This document shows positions 36,334 to 44,877 of a stretch of DNA of 64,000 nucleotides, piece by piece. Every line of letters begins with the position of its first letter. Within the stretch, counting starts at the first letter, position 1. Below the pieces are notes generated by a model that was not told the origin of the DNA, made no database searches, and saw only the letters and a list, made by a program, of their open reading frames with translations. The DNA comes from a virus (Duplodnaviria; Caudoviricetes), in IMG/VR virus record IMGVR_UViG_3300031938_000001, positions 8,828 to 72,827 of that record; one strand, 5' to 3'. Position numbers and translations under genes: made by a program.

Positions 36334-37338
36334 TCAGATCAACTCCTTGAGGATAGCCTCCGCGAGCAATGGAGGGATAGCGTTGCCGACCTGCTCGAAC
36401 TGCTTGGTCCGCGACCCCATCCAACGGTAGTCGCGCGGGAACGACTGCAACACCCCCGCCTGCTCGACGGTGATGGGCACCGACCCCGGCGCATTCTGGC
36501 GCGGCCCGTCGCCCGCCTTGCGGTAGCCCGGCCCGGCCATGATGTCGGGGCGGAACGAGCCGACAACCGTGGTCGCAGGGCGCCGGAACACCCACTCGGG
36601 CACCTCCTCGGGAACAGGCGTCACGGCCCACGAGCGGGCCTTCTCGCCGAGCGTGCGAGCGGGGCGGTCGGTGGTGAAGGTGGCCGAGCGGCTGTGCGGC
36701 CCGTCGCCGCCGTCACCCCGGCTGTCCAGCACCGTGTGGGTGCCCCGCCAGCCGAGCGCCTCACCCATGGTGATCCGAGGTCGCAGGGAGGAGCCGAACA
36801 GGTCATCCATCTCGTGATTGTCCCCGTGGGTGGGCTGCGGCGGGTTAAAGTCCTTCAGGCTCGCCATCAGGATCGCGCGCTCACGCTGCTGGGGGACTCC
36901 GTACTCAGATGCGTCGAGCACTCCGGTCCATACCTTGTAGCCCATATCGCGCAGCAGGTCGGCGAAATACTTCCAGATGATGATGACCTTGGGCACCTGC
37001 TCGAGGGCGATGGATTCGGGCCGGATGAGCTCGGCCCAGCGCATCGGCTGGTAGACCAACTGACCACGGACGCCATCGAGGTACAACTTCTTGCCTGCGT
37101 CCGAGAAGTCCTGACAGGGCGGTGATGAGATGTGCAGGCGGACCCGGCCCCGCAAATGGGAGGGGTCGTAGGCGGCCACGTCGCAGCGGACTGTATGATG
37201 CCCGTTCGCCGCGCGGGTCGCGCACGCCGCCTTGTCCTTCTCGAACCCCACGACACGCTTCATCCCGAGTCGGGTGGCGGCCACGTCCCAGCCGCCGGGG
37301 CCTGCGAAGGTGTCAACGTCAATGCGGTCGTCGTCCAC
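36334..37338 (-). CDS. DNA (cytosine-5)-methyltransferase
   Basis: Motif I DTFAGPGG, motif IV SPPCQDFS, motif VI EQV, motif VIII QQRER, motif X QVGNAIPP. Confidence 0.92.
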   Translation of the reverse strand: MDDDRIDVDTFAGPGGWDVAATRLGMKRVVGFEKDKAACATRAANGHHTVRCDVAAYDPSHLRGRVRLHISSPPCQDFSDAGKKLYLDGVRGQLVYQPMRWAELIRPESIALEQVPKVIIIWKYFADLLRDMGYKVWTGVLDASEYGVPQQRERAILMASLKDFNPPQPTHGDNHEMDDLFGSSLRPRITMGEALGWRGTHTVLDSRGDGGDGPHSRSATFTTDRPARTLGEKARSWAVTPVPEEVPEWVFRRPATTVVGSFRPDIMAGPGYRKAGDGPRQNAPGSVPITVEQAGVLQSFPRDYRWMGSRTKQFEQVGNAIPPLLAEAILKELI

Positions 37339-37346
37339 GCAGGTTC

Positions 37347-37855
37347 CTATCGGTAGAGGTATGCCGGAGGCGGGTCGGGGTGCTTGATGTACTCGTCAGG
37401 GATGATCCCGAGTTCGTCGAACATCTCGCCCATGCTCTTTGCCATCCTCTTTGTGGCGTGACCCACTCCGAACATGGCGGTCGTCGCCCGGCTGAACATC
37501 GTCGGGTCGAGCGCTCGCGAGATGGAGGCTGGCCTGACGTGAGGCTCGAGGACGCCCAGCAGCGGGGTGATGGTTGGCGGGGAGAGCACGCCGCTCAACC
37601 GAACCGTGCCGCCCACCCGCGTGTAGGTGTAGATGCCATCCGGCGTCACGCTGTAGTGCGGAGCGACCGTGGCGCCACACAGGGCGCCGCTGACGGCTTC
37701 GGGGGGCTCGGGTGAGCCCTCGGCGGCTACGGGGCCGCAAATCGCCGCTGAGCGCTTGTGGGTGGTGCAGTAGTCGCCATCCAAGATGGTGCACTTGGCT
37801 GTCCGCTCGAACCACGTTGCGTCGCCGAACCGCCGCCGCTTCATCGGTACTCCCA
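37347..37855 (-). CDS. hypothetical protein
   Basis: Start estimated at ATG of MKRRRFG, within the ORF-track entry 37347..37916. Confidence 0.45.
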
Positions 37856-38467
37856 AGCACCGGGGCCAGTGATGTCGCCTTCGTACTGGAGGATTCCCAA
37901 GGCGCAGGGTCCGCAAAGGAAGAAGTCCAGATAGGCATTCTCATGGGTGGGATGTGCAGCGTGTATCTCGTGGATGTTGGTCGTGAGGTCGCGCCCGCGA
38001 TACCACCACTCGGTATCCGTGTGTCCGAATGCATCCGCCTCGCAGTCGCGCGGGTTGTGACTCAACCCAATGGCGGGGAACTCGGGCGCCGGGCTATCCC
38101 TCTTGGCATGGACTCTCGGCCCGAGCGTCGCGCCGAGAGTCCAACGGGTGCGCTGGTAGATGTGCCATCGGAAGTGGTTCATCTTCTCGTCGGAGTACTC
38201 CCTCGCCTTCAAAAAGGCGCGCAGAGGACTCTTGCCCTGCACGCTTGTGCCGTCGAAGAACCTCGCGGAGTAGGTCCTCTCGAAGCCCTCCGTCCTAATC
38301 ACCTCGACGACCCCCTCGGCCCACCGATCCGGCACGTTGGGGACCTCGAACTCGCGAGGGGTTACAGGGTCGGAGTCAGTGAGGCCGATGAAGCCGCCGG
38401 ACATGGCATCCATGTCGTATCGGCTGCCGGACGCGCTGGACATGCGTGGGGTGAAATCTTTCCCCAT
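37841..38467 (-). CDS. hypothetical protein
   Basis: 208-aa ORF in the operon direction. Confidence 0.6.
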   Translation of the reverse strand: MGKDFTPRMSSASGSRYDMDAMSGGFIGLTDSDPVTPREFEVPNVPDRWAEGVVEVIRTEGFERTYSARFFDGTSVQGKSPLRAFLKAREYSDEKMNHFRWHIYQRTRWTLGATLGPRVHAKRDSPAPEFPAIGLSHNPRDCEADAFGHTDTEWWYRGRDLTTNIHEIHAAHPTHENAYLDFFLCGPCALGILQYEGDITGPGAWEYR

Positions 38468-38469
38468 GG

Positions 38470-39624
38470 CTAGTCGATGGGGTTCTTGGCAACTACCTTC
38501 ACCGACGGGTTGCCGGTCTTGTAGCCGACCAGTGCCTTGATGCGGTCCTCGGTGTCGGTGTCGAACACCTCGGACTTGAGCATCTTGTCCACGCTGGTCA
38601 TGGTGACGCCACCGTACTTCGCCATGAGGTCCGGGCCGATGATGGCCGCGAGCGAGTGCGGGTCGGTCACGGTGCGGGTGCGCCGGGCGCCGATGTTCAC
38701 CACGAACTCGTCATCCTCGTAGGTGTCCACGTCGTCGGCCTCGGCGGAGGCGAGGATGAACGAGTCGAGCTCTTCCATCACCTTCGCGAGCGCCTTTGAG
38801 CGCTGCTCCACCTCGGCGCGCTTCTTGGCCGCCAGCATTGGGTCGGCCAGCGACAGCACGCCACCGGCTTCGACGTGCTCGGTCAGCGCCTTGCAGACCT
38901 GCTTGCGGATGCACCACTGGCAGTCGGGATTGATCTTCTCCGGCACGTCATCCTCTGGCGTGGCGATGATCTTCTCGGCGGCTGCCTTGATGTAGCGCCA
39001 CGTCGCGAGGTTCTCCTCGCGGGTGAACACGATCCCCACCGGGTCGTAGCGCAGCAGGTCGAACGTCACCCACACGCGCGGGGCGTCGGGGTACTTGATC
39101 TGCGCCGCCACGGCATACGCACGAGCCTGAATGCGGTCCCGCAGCCCATCGGGCGCCAGCCGGGCGCGGATGCTCTTGTAGTCCACGACCTCGATTGAGC
39201 CATCCTCGTGCCGGTCGAGCCGGTCGAAGATGTAGTTGAAGATGATCTCACCAGCCGTGGTCTTGATGGCGAAGTTTTCCTTCGTCTCCAACTGGATGAT
39301 GTCGCGCTCGGCGAGGTCGGCGGAGCGCAAGAACCAGTTCTCCATCATCCGCAGCCCGTCGTGGCGAAGGTCGTCGCGCGACGTGCCGAACATCTCCGTG
39401 AAGGCGTTGTTGAAGATGGTGAGCAGGAGTTCGAGGCTGGGCGTGTCTGCCTTGTCGATGTAGACGCGCTGGACGTACTCCTGCAACGCGGTGTGACAGG
39501 TGGTGCCGAGGTCGGCCGCCCACCCGGACGGCATGGGGGTCTTGTGAAGCGTCTCGGCGGCATACCGCGCTGGGCAGGACTCCCACACCTGCAGGGCGGT
39601 GGCGGATAGTGACTTGGGGATCAC
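38470..39624 (-). CDS. Cas4/RecB-like PD-(D/E)XK exonuclease with Fe-S cysteines
   Basis: SLSATAL...CPARY, DRLD...VVDYKS, QxxxY-like QARAY, CQWCIRKQVC; GTG at 39624. Confidence 0.85.
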   Translation of the reverse strand: MIPKSLSATALQVWESCPARYAAETLHKTPMPSGWAADLGTTCHTALQEYVQRVYIDKADTPSLELLLTIFNNAFTEMFGTSRDDLRHDGLRMMENWFLRSADLAERDIIQLETKENFAIKTTAGEIIFNYIFDRLDRHEDGSIEVVDYKSIRARLAPDGLRDRIQARAYAVAAQIKYPDAPRVWVTFDLLRYDPVGIVFTREENLATWRYIKAAAEKIIATPEDDVPEKINPDCQWCIRKQVCKALTEHVEAGGVLSLADPMLAAKKRAEVEQRSKALAKVMEELDSFILASAEADDVDTYEDDEFVVNIGARRTRTVTDPHSLAAIIGPDLMAKYGGVTMTSVDKMLKSEVFDTDTEDRIKALVGYKTGNPSVKVVAKNPID

Positions 39625-39662
39625 GTCGGGTCCAATCGGGTCGGGTCGTTCGGGGTTGGAGC

Positions 39663-39968
39663 CTATGCGGCGGGTCCGACATCGCTGGGCTGCTGCTGCC
39701 CGTCGATGGGGACTCGTCTCTTGCGGGGGACAATGCCGCCCCCCCACATGCCGTACTCACTGTCGGTGCGCTCTTGGTAGGAGCGGCACTCAAAGATTAC
39801 GGGGCATGTGGCGCAGACATTCCGGCCGGGCTTGTGCGACTGGCCGCGCTCAGGAAAGAACCACTCGGGATCGACTCCCGGCTTCCTGCACTCGGCCAGT
39901 CGCTGCCACGTGTCGTCCGATTCGAGAAAGAGGAATCGGGCGTGCGGAGCGTCTACGCCGGGGGAACT
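39663..39968 (-). CDS. whiB: WhiB-family transcription factor domain with no canonical start (not in the ORF track); predicted -1 frameshift extension of the upstream ORF
   Basis: Translated by hand: ...DTWQRLAECRKPGVDPEWFFPERGQSHKPGRNVCATCPVIFECRSYQERTDSEYGMWGGGIVPRKRR...*; four Cys (C-x24-C-x2-C-x5-C) plus GMWGG. Confidence 0.9.
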   Translation of the reverse strand, partial: SSPGVDAPHARFLFLESDDTWQRLAECRKPGVDPEWFFPERGQSHKPGRNVCATCPVIFECRSYQERTDSEYGMWGGGIVPRKRRVPIDGQQQPSDVGPAA

Positions 39969-40279
39969 TTTCCCGAGCGTCCGGTGGGCGCCGCCTCGGA
40001 GGATGCAGCCTCGGCCTTGTCGCCCAGCCCGAGCGGGAGCACCATCTGGCCGGGGACCTGCTCGTCGTCGTCGGCCGGGGTGGTGATGCCCGCCTCGGGA
40101 TTCTCCGTCAACGACGCCTCTGCGATGCTCTCGACGGTGGCGAGGTCAGCCGGCGAGGGCTCTGCCATCTCGAACAGGGCGTCAGGGTTGGTGGGTCGGG
40201 GGCTGAAGTCGGTGACGCCGTGGGGAACGACGTTGCCGTCGAAGAAGGTGACGGGGTGAACCGTCCGAACTTCGGTCAT
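39953..40279 (-). CDS. 108-aa acidic, probably disordered protein (N-terminal partner of the WhiB frame)
   Basis: RBS-like gaaagg before ATG; ends ...GRSGKVPPA*. Confidence 0.75.
   Translation of the reverse strand: MTEVRTVHPVTFFDGNVVPHGVTDFSPRPTNPDALFEMAEPSPADLATVESIAEASLTENPEAGITTPADDDEQVPGQMVLPLGLGDKAEAASSEAAPTGRSGKVPPA
39968..39974 (-). other. candidate -1 frameshift heptamer G GGA AAA
   Basis: In frame at codons 103-104 of ORF 39953..40279; the -1 frame is the WhiB frame. Confidence 0.7.
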
Positions 40280-40342
40280 GTGAACTATGCCTTTCGGTTA
40301 GAGGTGCCGCTCAGGCCGATCATAGCCTCGAGTTGGTCTTAA

Positions 40343-41047
40343 TCAAACGAACAGGGTATCCATCTCCAGCCGGTTTCGGCTGTGTCGAACATGGTCGGCG
40401 TCCAACTCGATGCCGATAGAGTTGAGGCCCAACTGCTGAGCCGCCTTGGAGGAACTGCCAGACCCGCTGAACGGGTCCACGACGAGATCGCCGGGGTTGG
40501 TGCTGATCTTGAGGAGCTCTTCGAGGAGCGGGACGGGCTTCTCAGTCGGGTGGATGATCTTCGAAGGGGGAACCTTCTCGTAGTTGAGCACTCCCGAGCG
40601 CCGGTATGGCACCTTGCGCAGGCCCTTCTTGGCGTAGAGGATCAACTCGTGGCCGCAGCCCCAGTTGGAGTCGATGTCCCCGGTGCCGGGCTCCATCTTG
40701 TTCCAGATGAGCATCATCTTGTACTTGAACCCATGCCGGGACAGCGAGCGCACGGCGTCGATCCAGTCGCCCACGATGTCCCAGCGGGTGAACACGTACA
40801 GTTCCGCCTCGTCAGCGCACTTGGGCAGCACCACGTCCATCACGTCTTGGAACAGCCCGAGCGCCCCGGTGAGGTCGAGGTCGTTCGCCACGTCCTTGAC
40901 CCAGCGCAGACCCTCGGGGGTGGTCGCGTGCCGCGAGCGGTAGTTGACCCCGTACGGCGGGTCGGTCAGGACGCACTTGATCTCACCCTCGATGTTGTGG
41001 CCCAACTCGAGGCTGTCTCCGTGCCAGATTTCGTTGGTCGTCATCAT
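40343..41047 (-). CDS. DNA amino-methyltransferase (N6-A/N4-C, beta-type motif order)
   Basis: TDPPYG precedes HPTEKP and VVDPFSGSGS. Confidence 0.92.
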   Translation of the reverse strand: MMTTNEIWHGDSLELGHNIEGEIKCVLTDPPYGVNYRSRHATTPEGLRWVKDVANDLDLTGALGLFQDVMDVVLPKCADEAELYVFTRWDIVGDWIDAVRSLSRHGFKYKMMLIWNKMEPGTGDIDSNWGCGHELILYAKKGLRKVPYRRSGVLNYEKVPPSKIIHPTEKPVPLLEELLKISTNPGDLVVDPFSGSGSSSKAAQQLGLNSIGIELDADHVRHSRNRLEMDTLFV

Positions 41048-41376
41048 CTTCCTCCGAGGGTCGGATAGTCGGCAAAGTCGGGCGGAGAGCACTCATGACT
41101 GTGTATCTCGGAACACTCGGGGCACACGAAGGTCATGCTCGGCTTCGCACCCACGAGGGTGATGCTGGCAGGCATGATCTCGAGGTGAAGGGTCGCCCAG
41201 CCCGTTGCCTCGATACTGAGGTTCAGGGCGTGGATGTTGTGGACGATCTCGCCATTGGAGTCATACACGCGAGTGCCGTGCGTGGTGCCGTCGGTGAACA
41301 CCCGCCAGTCGCCACGGGCGTTGGCGGTGTCCATGGACGACTCGGGGGCGTCGGGGATCGGGTCGGCGATGTCCAT
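41044..41376 (-). CDS. hypothetical protein with a C-terminal Zn knuckle
   Basis: ATG overlaps the upstream stop (TGATG); CPEC...H.HEC. Confidence 0.65.
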   Translation of the reverse strand: MDIADPIPDAPESSMDTANARGDWRVFTDGTTHGTRVYDSNGEIVHNIHALNLSIEATGWATLHLEIMPASITLVGAKPSMTFVCPECSEIHSHECSPPDFADYPTLGGR

Positions 41377-41888
41377 CAGAAAAGCCCCTCCGTTCGAGTG
41401 AAGAACGGCTCGTCGCTGGTCTCCGGGGTCGGGTCGAGCAGCCCGGCAAGGTCGATCACCGGGGGCGCCCCAGCGGGCCGGATCGTGATGGCGATCATCG
41501 GCTCCACGTCCCGCCCCTGCTCCATGATCCACGACTCGACGTGGGCCACGTCGCGGTCATTGGCGAACAGGCTGCCCTGCAGCGCATCCTCCAGCGCCTT
41601 CTGGAGGTTGGTCGCGTCGGCGTGGTGCTTGCGAGCGCGCACCTCGTCGTCGGTGGTGTAGTCGGGCAACTGCCTCCAGAAGTAGAACCGGAGGTCGATG
41701 CGGCCTTCATACTTCCCGTTGATCGGTTCAGAGACAAGCTCCTTGACCGCCTGCTGGTAGGCGCGGAGTGCCTCGTTCTTGTAGACCATCGGGAAGGGCT
41801 TGCCGCCCCGCCGACCAACCGAGACGTTGGGTGCCGTCCAAGGTTCGGGGTTGATCGGCAGGGCGAGCGTGGTCACGTCGTGGTTCAT
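41376..41888 (-). CDS. rusA: RusA-like Holliday junction resolvase
   Basis: DATNLQKALEDAL...NDRDV matches the RusA DxDNxxK...D...DD pattern. Confidence 0.8.
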   Translation of the reverse strand: MNHDVTTLALPINPEPWTAPNVSVGRRGGKPFPMVYKNEALRAYQQAVKELVSEPINGKYEGRIDLRFYFWRQLPDYTTDDEVRARKHHADATNLQKALEDALQGSLFANDRDVAHVESWIMEQGRDVEPMIAITIRPAGAPPVIDLAGLLDPTPETSDEPFFTRTEGLF

Positions 41889-42271
41889 GCCGCTGCCGCC
41901 TCTGCGGCGTTGAGCAGCCCGAGCATCTCGACGTGGGTCATGCGGGCGAGCACGTCGGCGTCGTCCGGCTCGTTGGGGTAGACAAGGTAAACGTCCAAGT
42001 CGAGCGCGATGGCGATCCGCAACTCGAGCCGGGCGCCACGCGACTGCTCCCACTCGGGGAGCAGCGCGATACTCGTGCACTTGACCAACTGCTTGATGCC
42101 TTCGCGCATGTAGTAGTCCCACGCGAGGGTGGTGTCGCCGCCGTTGTCGGCAGGGTTCTCTACGAGCCACCCCATGCCGAGAAGCCGCGCGGCGGTGAGG
42201 TTGAAGAGGGGGAAATTGAACTCCGGCCGCCCGGTCATCGGGCCAGCCACGTAGACGATGCCGGGGATCAC
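41885..42271 (-). CDS. DUF4406 (nucleoside deoxyribosyltransferase-like) protein
   Basis: VYVAGPMTG..EFNFPLF...ENPA...W..YMR...LLPEWEQSRGARLE. Confidence 0.85.
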   Translation of the reverse strand: MIPGIVYVAGPMTGRPEFNFPLFNLTAARLLGMGWLVENPADNGGDTTLAWDYYMREGIKQLVKCTSIALLPEWEQSRGARLELRIAIALDLDVYLVYPNEPDDADVLARMTHVEMLGLLNAAEAAAA

Positions 42272-42329
42272 TTCTTCGCCTCCCTGCAAGGGCAGTTCTC
42301 GCCAGAGCACTTGTCGATCCTCACGTCGC

Positions 42330-43499
42330 TCACTCCGCCACCGGACCCACGTCGGTCTTGCGACGGGGCATGAGCCACGACTCGAACCCGAGCCCGTCCC
42401 ACACCTTCACCGGCACGCCGTTGCGGTCGGTGCGGTAGCCGAGGCTCACGGTGTCGGTGCGCGGCTGGTCGAGGCAGTCGGTGATGGTGGTCGGCGTGAA
42501 GTGGATGACGAACTCCTCGGGGGCGCCCTCCTCCTCGATGGCGGGGTGGGCAACCGTCTCGGTGGAGATGTCCACCTCGTCGGTCATGGTGCCCACCGAG
42601 GGGACGGTCATCTCGAGGTAGATCGTGTCGGGCGTGAAGGTGCACGTCACGATGGGGTAGCGCTCGCCCTTGGCGATGAGCCCGGTCATGCGGGTGAGCG
42701 CCTCGCGGAGCCGGATGCGCGGGGCGGTGACGACCCGGTTGAAGATCGTCGCGTCCATGATCTTCTCGATGTTGGGGTAGCCCATGTCGTAGATGATGGC
42801 CCTCATCTGCGTGTACTCGTCCGGCATGATGAGGACGTAGTTCGGGTTGGCCCCGAGGCGCACGTCCTCGACGCTCTTGAGGATCGGGCCGAGGGTGTCC
42901 ATCGGCACGGTCACGGGGGCTTCCAGCGCCGCGTCGCACGGGGTCCGCACGAGCCGGTACTTGTCGGTGGCGAAGATGTGCGTGCCGGTGAGGTGGATGC
43001 CGCTGAACGGCACGGCATCCTTGTCGCAGGCCCACGCCGCCTGTGCCACGCGAGCCGGGAAGTCCTTCACGTCGTGCAGGGCGTCCGGGTCGAACGGCTC
43101 CCACCGCTTGTAGGAGTCGGCCTTCATGACATTGATCGACGCCTTGGCCTTGCCGCTGCGGAGCATGATGTTGCCACCGTGGTCCTCGCGGGTGATCGTG
43201 ACGGTCTTGCCGCTGCCGATGGGCATCCCGGCGCAGAACCCAGCAAAGATGCTCGACGGCAGGCGCCAGTCGAAGTCCTCGTCGCTGTGGATCTCGAGCG
43301 GCTGAACCCACTCGAGGTAGTCCACCTCGAGGTTGGTCGCCTTGATGGTGATCTGGCGGCCCGGCTCGGCGAACGGGCGACCCTCGATGAGGATGCCCGC
43401 CGCCTTGTCGAACGCCATGCCCTTGCTCGGGGCAACGCGAGCCGCCTTGCCGACCGCCGACGCGAGGCCGGCTGTCTCGAACGTGACTGAGATGGTCAT
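42330..43499 (-). CDS. dnaN: DNA polymerase III beta sliding clamp
   Basis: 389 aa; ATNLE, ATDKYRL, GYPN and C-terminal LMPRR motifs. Confidence 0.85.
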   Translation of the reverse strand: MTISVTFETAGLASAVGKAARVAPSKGMAFDKAAGILIEGRPFAEPGRQITIKATNLEVDYLEWVQPLEIHSDEDFDWRLPSSIFAGFCAGMPIGSGKTVTITREDHGGNIMLRSGKAKASINVMKADSYKRWEPFDPDALHDVKDFPARVAQAAWACDKDAVPFSGIHLTGTHIFATDKYRLVRTPCDAALEAPVTVPMDTLGPILKSVEDVRLGANPNYVLIMPDEYTQMRAIIYDMGYPNIEKIMDATIFNRVVTAPRIRLREALTRMTGLIAKGERYPIVTCTFTPDTIYLEMTVPSVGTMTDEVDISTETVAHPAIEEEGAPEEFVIHFTPTTITDCLDQPRTDTVSLGYRTDRNGVPVKVWDGLGFESWLMPRRKTDVGPVAE

Positions 43500-43514
43500 G
43501 TGTTTCCTGTCGGG

Positions 43515-44102
43515 TCAGTGCTTGATGAAGTGCTTGCGGTAGTGCGCCAACTCGTCCAACGACTCGCGCAGGTCGGGGATGGCGCGGTGCTTCTCGTACT
43601 TGAGGGGCGCCTTGTCGAACGCCTTCTTGTTCCACCGCCGACAGAGCTCCTTGACGGTGCTCACGTTGACCTCGCGGTAGTGGAACCTGTCGTGCAGGTC
43701 AGGCATGTGGGCGGCCAGCCACGAGCGGTCGAAGGTGACGCTTGACCCGCACATCGGGGGTCGCGCGCTGCCGAGCGTCCTGCCCCACCAGTCCAGCAGG
43801 TGAGCCTGCGCGTCGCCGAGGTCGGGCAGGCGCCCCATGGCGGCGGCGTCGATCTGCTCGACCCACAGGCCCGAGCGGTCGTGCATGTCTCGCACGTACG
43901 GGTCGGACTCGGCGCGCACGGCCATGATGGTGTTCACGCCGCCGATACCGACCAGCGTGGAGGTCCACGCCAGCGGGTTGAGGCGGGCGTCGGTGACCAT
44001 GAGCCCAACCTCCATGAGGTACTCGCGGCTGGGGTCGAGGCCGGTCGTCTCCACGTCCACCCACGTCATCGCGTCGGGGTCGGTGATGAGGTGGTCACCC
44101 AT
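43515..44102 (-). CDS. orn: oligoribonuclease-like DEDDh exonuclease
   Basis: WVDVETTGLDP, MHDRSGL, CGSSVTFDR, HYREVNVST, HRA..D...S..EL..Y. Confidence 0.85.
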   Translation of the reverse strand: MGDHLITDPDAMTWVDVETTGLDPSREYLMEVGLMVTDARLNPLAWTSTLVGIGGVNTIMAVRAESDPYVRDMHDRSGLWVEQIDAAAMGRLPDLGDAQAHLLDWWGRTLGSARPPMCGSSVTFDRSWLAAHMPDLHDRFHYREVNVSTVKELCRRWNKKAFDKAPLKYEKHRAIPDLRESLDELAHYRKHFIKH

Positions 44103-44367
44103 GGGAACCCACCGTCATCGGCACGATGGTGGCGGCGACCTGAACGGTGCCCTCGAGCGTTGCCATCTCGATGAACGCGGCGAGGTCCGACTTCACGGCC
44201 TCCTGCTCGGACTTGCGCATCTCCTTGTCCGTCGCGCCGTCCGGATACATCCCCTCGCGGATGTCGAAGGAGGCGGTTGCCACGAGCACGACCGACATCT
44301 TACGGTAAGGCTCGGCGATGGCAAGGATGCGAGTGCTTTCCCGTTCTGGTGAGGCGTCGATGGACAT
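44095..44367 (-). CDS. hypothetical protein
   Basis: 90 aa, GC3-rich. Confidence 0.65.
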   Translation of the reverse strand: MSIDASPERESTRILAIAEPYRKMSVVLVATASFDIREGMYPDGATDKEMRKSEQEAVKSDLAAFIEMATLEGTVQVAATIVPMTVGSHG

Positions 44368-44398
44368 AGGGGTGCGGCCCTGCTTTCTGTATTAGCGA

Positions 44399-44451
44399 TT
44401 GCTGGGGAGTGTTGTGCCGGTGGTGCTGCGTACTACAGGGGTCTTACTCGG
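44399..44451 (-). promoter_or_regulatory. variant copy of a repeated upstream element
   Basis: Plus strand TTGCTGGGGAGTGTTGTGCCGG and AGGGGTCTTACTCGG; related to 58785..58827 and 60839..60857. Confidence 0.5.
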
Positions 44452-44467
44452 TACTGCGGATGGTGCC

Positions 44468-44689
44468 TTATCCGTGCCGCTGCTTGGCGAACCGCATAAC
44501 CTCCGACTTGCGGATGCGCCATGAGCGGTTGATCTTTACGGCGCTGATCTTGCCGGTCTCAATCCAGTCACGCACCGTCTCCGGCTTCACGTCGAAGAGG
44601 GCTGCTACGCGGGTCGTGGACAGGAGCGGGTCGATGTCAGCGACGTGGTTCTCGGTCATGGCCGTCGTCACGATGAGATCACGCCCCAC
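44468..44689 (-). CDS. excisionase-like/MerR-type helix-turn-helix protein
   Basis: LLSTTRVAALFDVKPETVRDWIETGKI.A.K...WRIR.SEV. Confidence 0.85.
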   Translation of the reverse strand: MGRDLIVTTAMTENHVADIDPLLSTTRVAALFDVKPETVRDWIETGKISAVKINRSWRIRKSEVMRFAKQRHG

Positions 44690-44868
44690 ACGAAGTGCAC
44701 GAACAGCGCGAGCAGTCCGAACACCACGGTGAGAGCGACGATGATGGCGACCGTCCCGATGACTCGGGTCATGAGGTCGGGCTTCACTGAGGGCCTGACC
44801 TCGTTGATTTCGCGCACCTGTGAGGACCAGTCCTCGCGGGCGTTGGGGTTGCGCGGCGGGTTTGACAT
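44668..44868 (-). CDS. small membrane protein
   Basis: C-terminal hydrophobic helix. Confidence 0.6.
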   Translation of the reverse strand: MSNPPRNPNAREDWSSQVREINEVRPSVKPDLMTRVIGTVAIIVALTVVFGLLALFVHFVWGVISS

Positions 44869-44877
44869 TTCTGCCTT

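Noticed and set aside
38470-39624. Cas4-like gene as evidence of CRISPR
   Set aside because: No repeat-spacer array or other cas genes seen; solo Cas4/RecB-like nucleases are common in phages.
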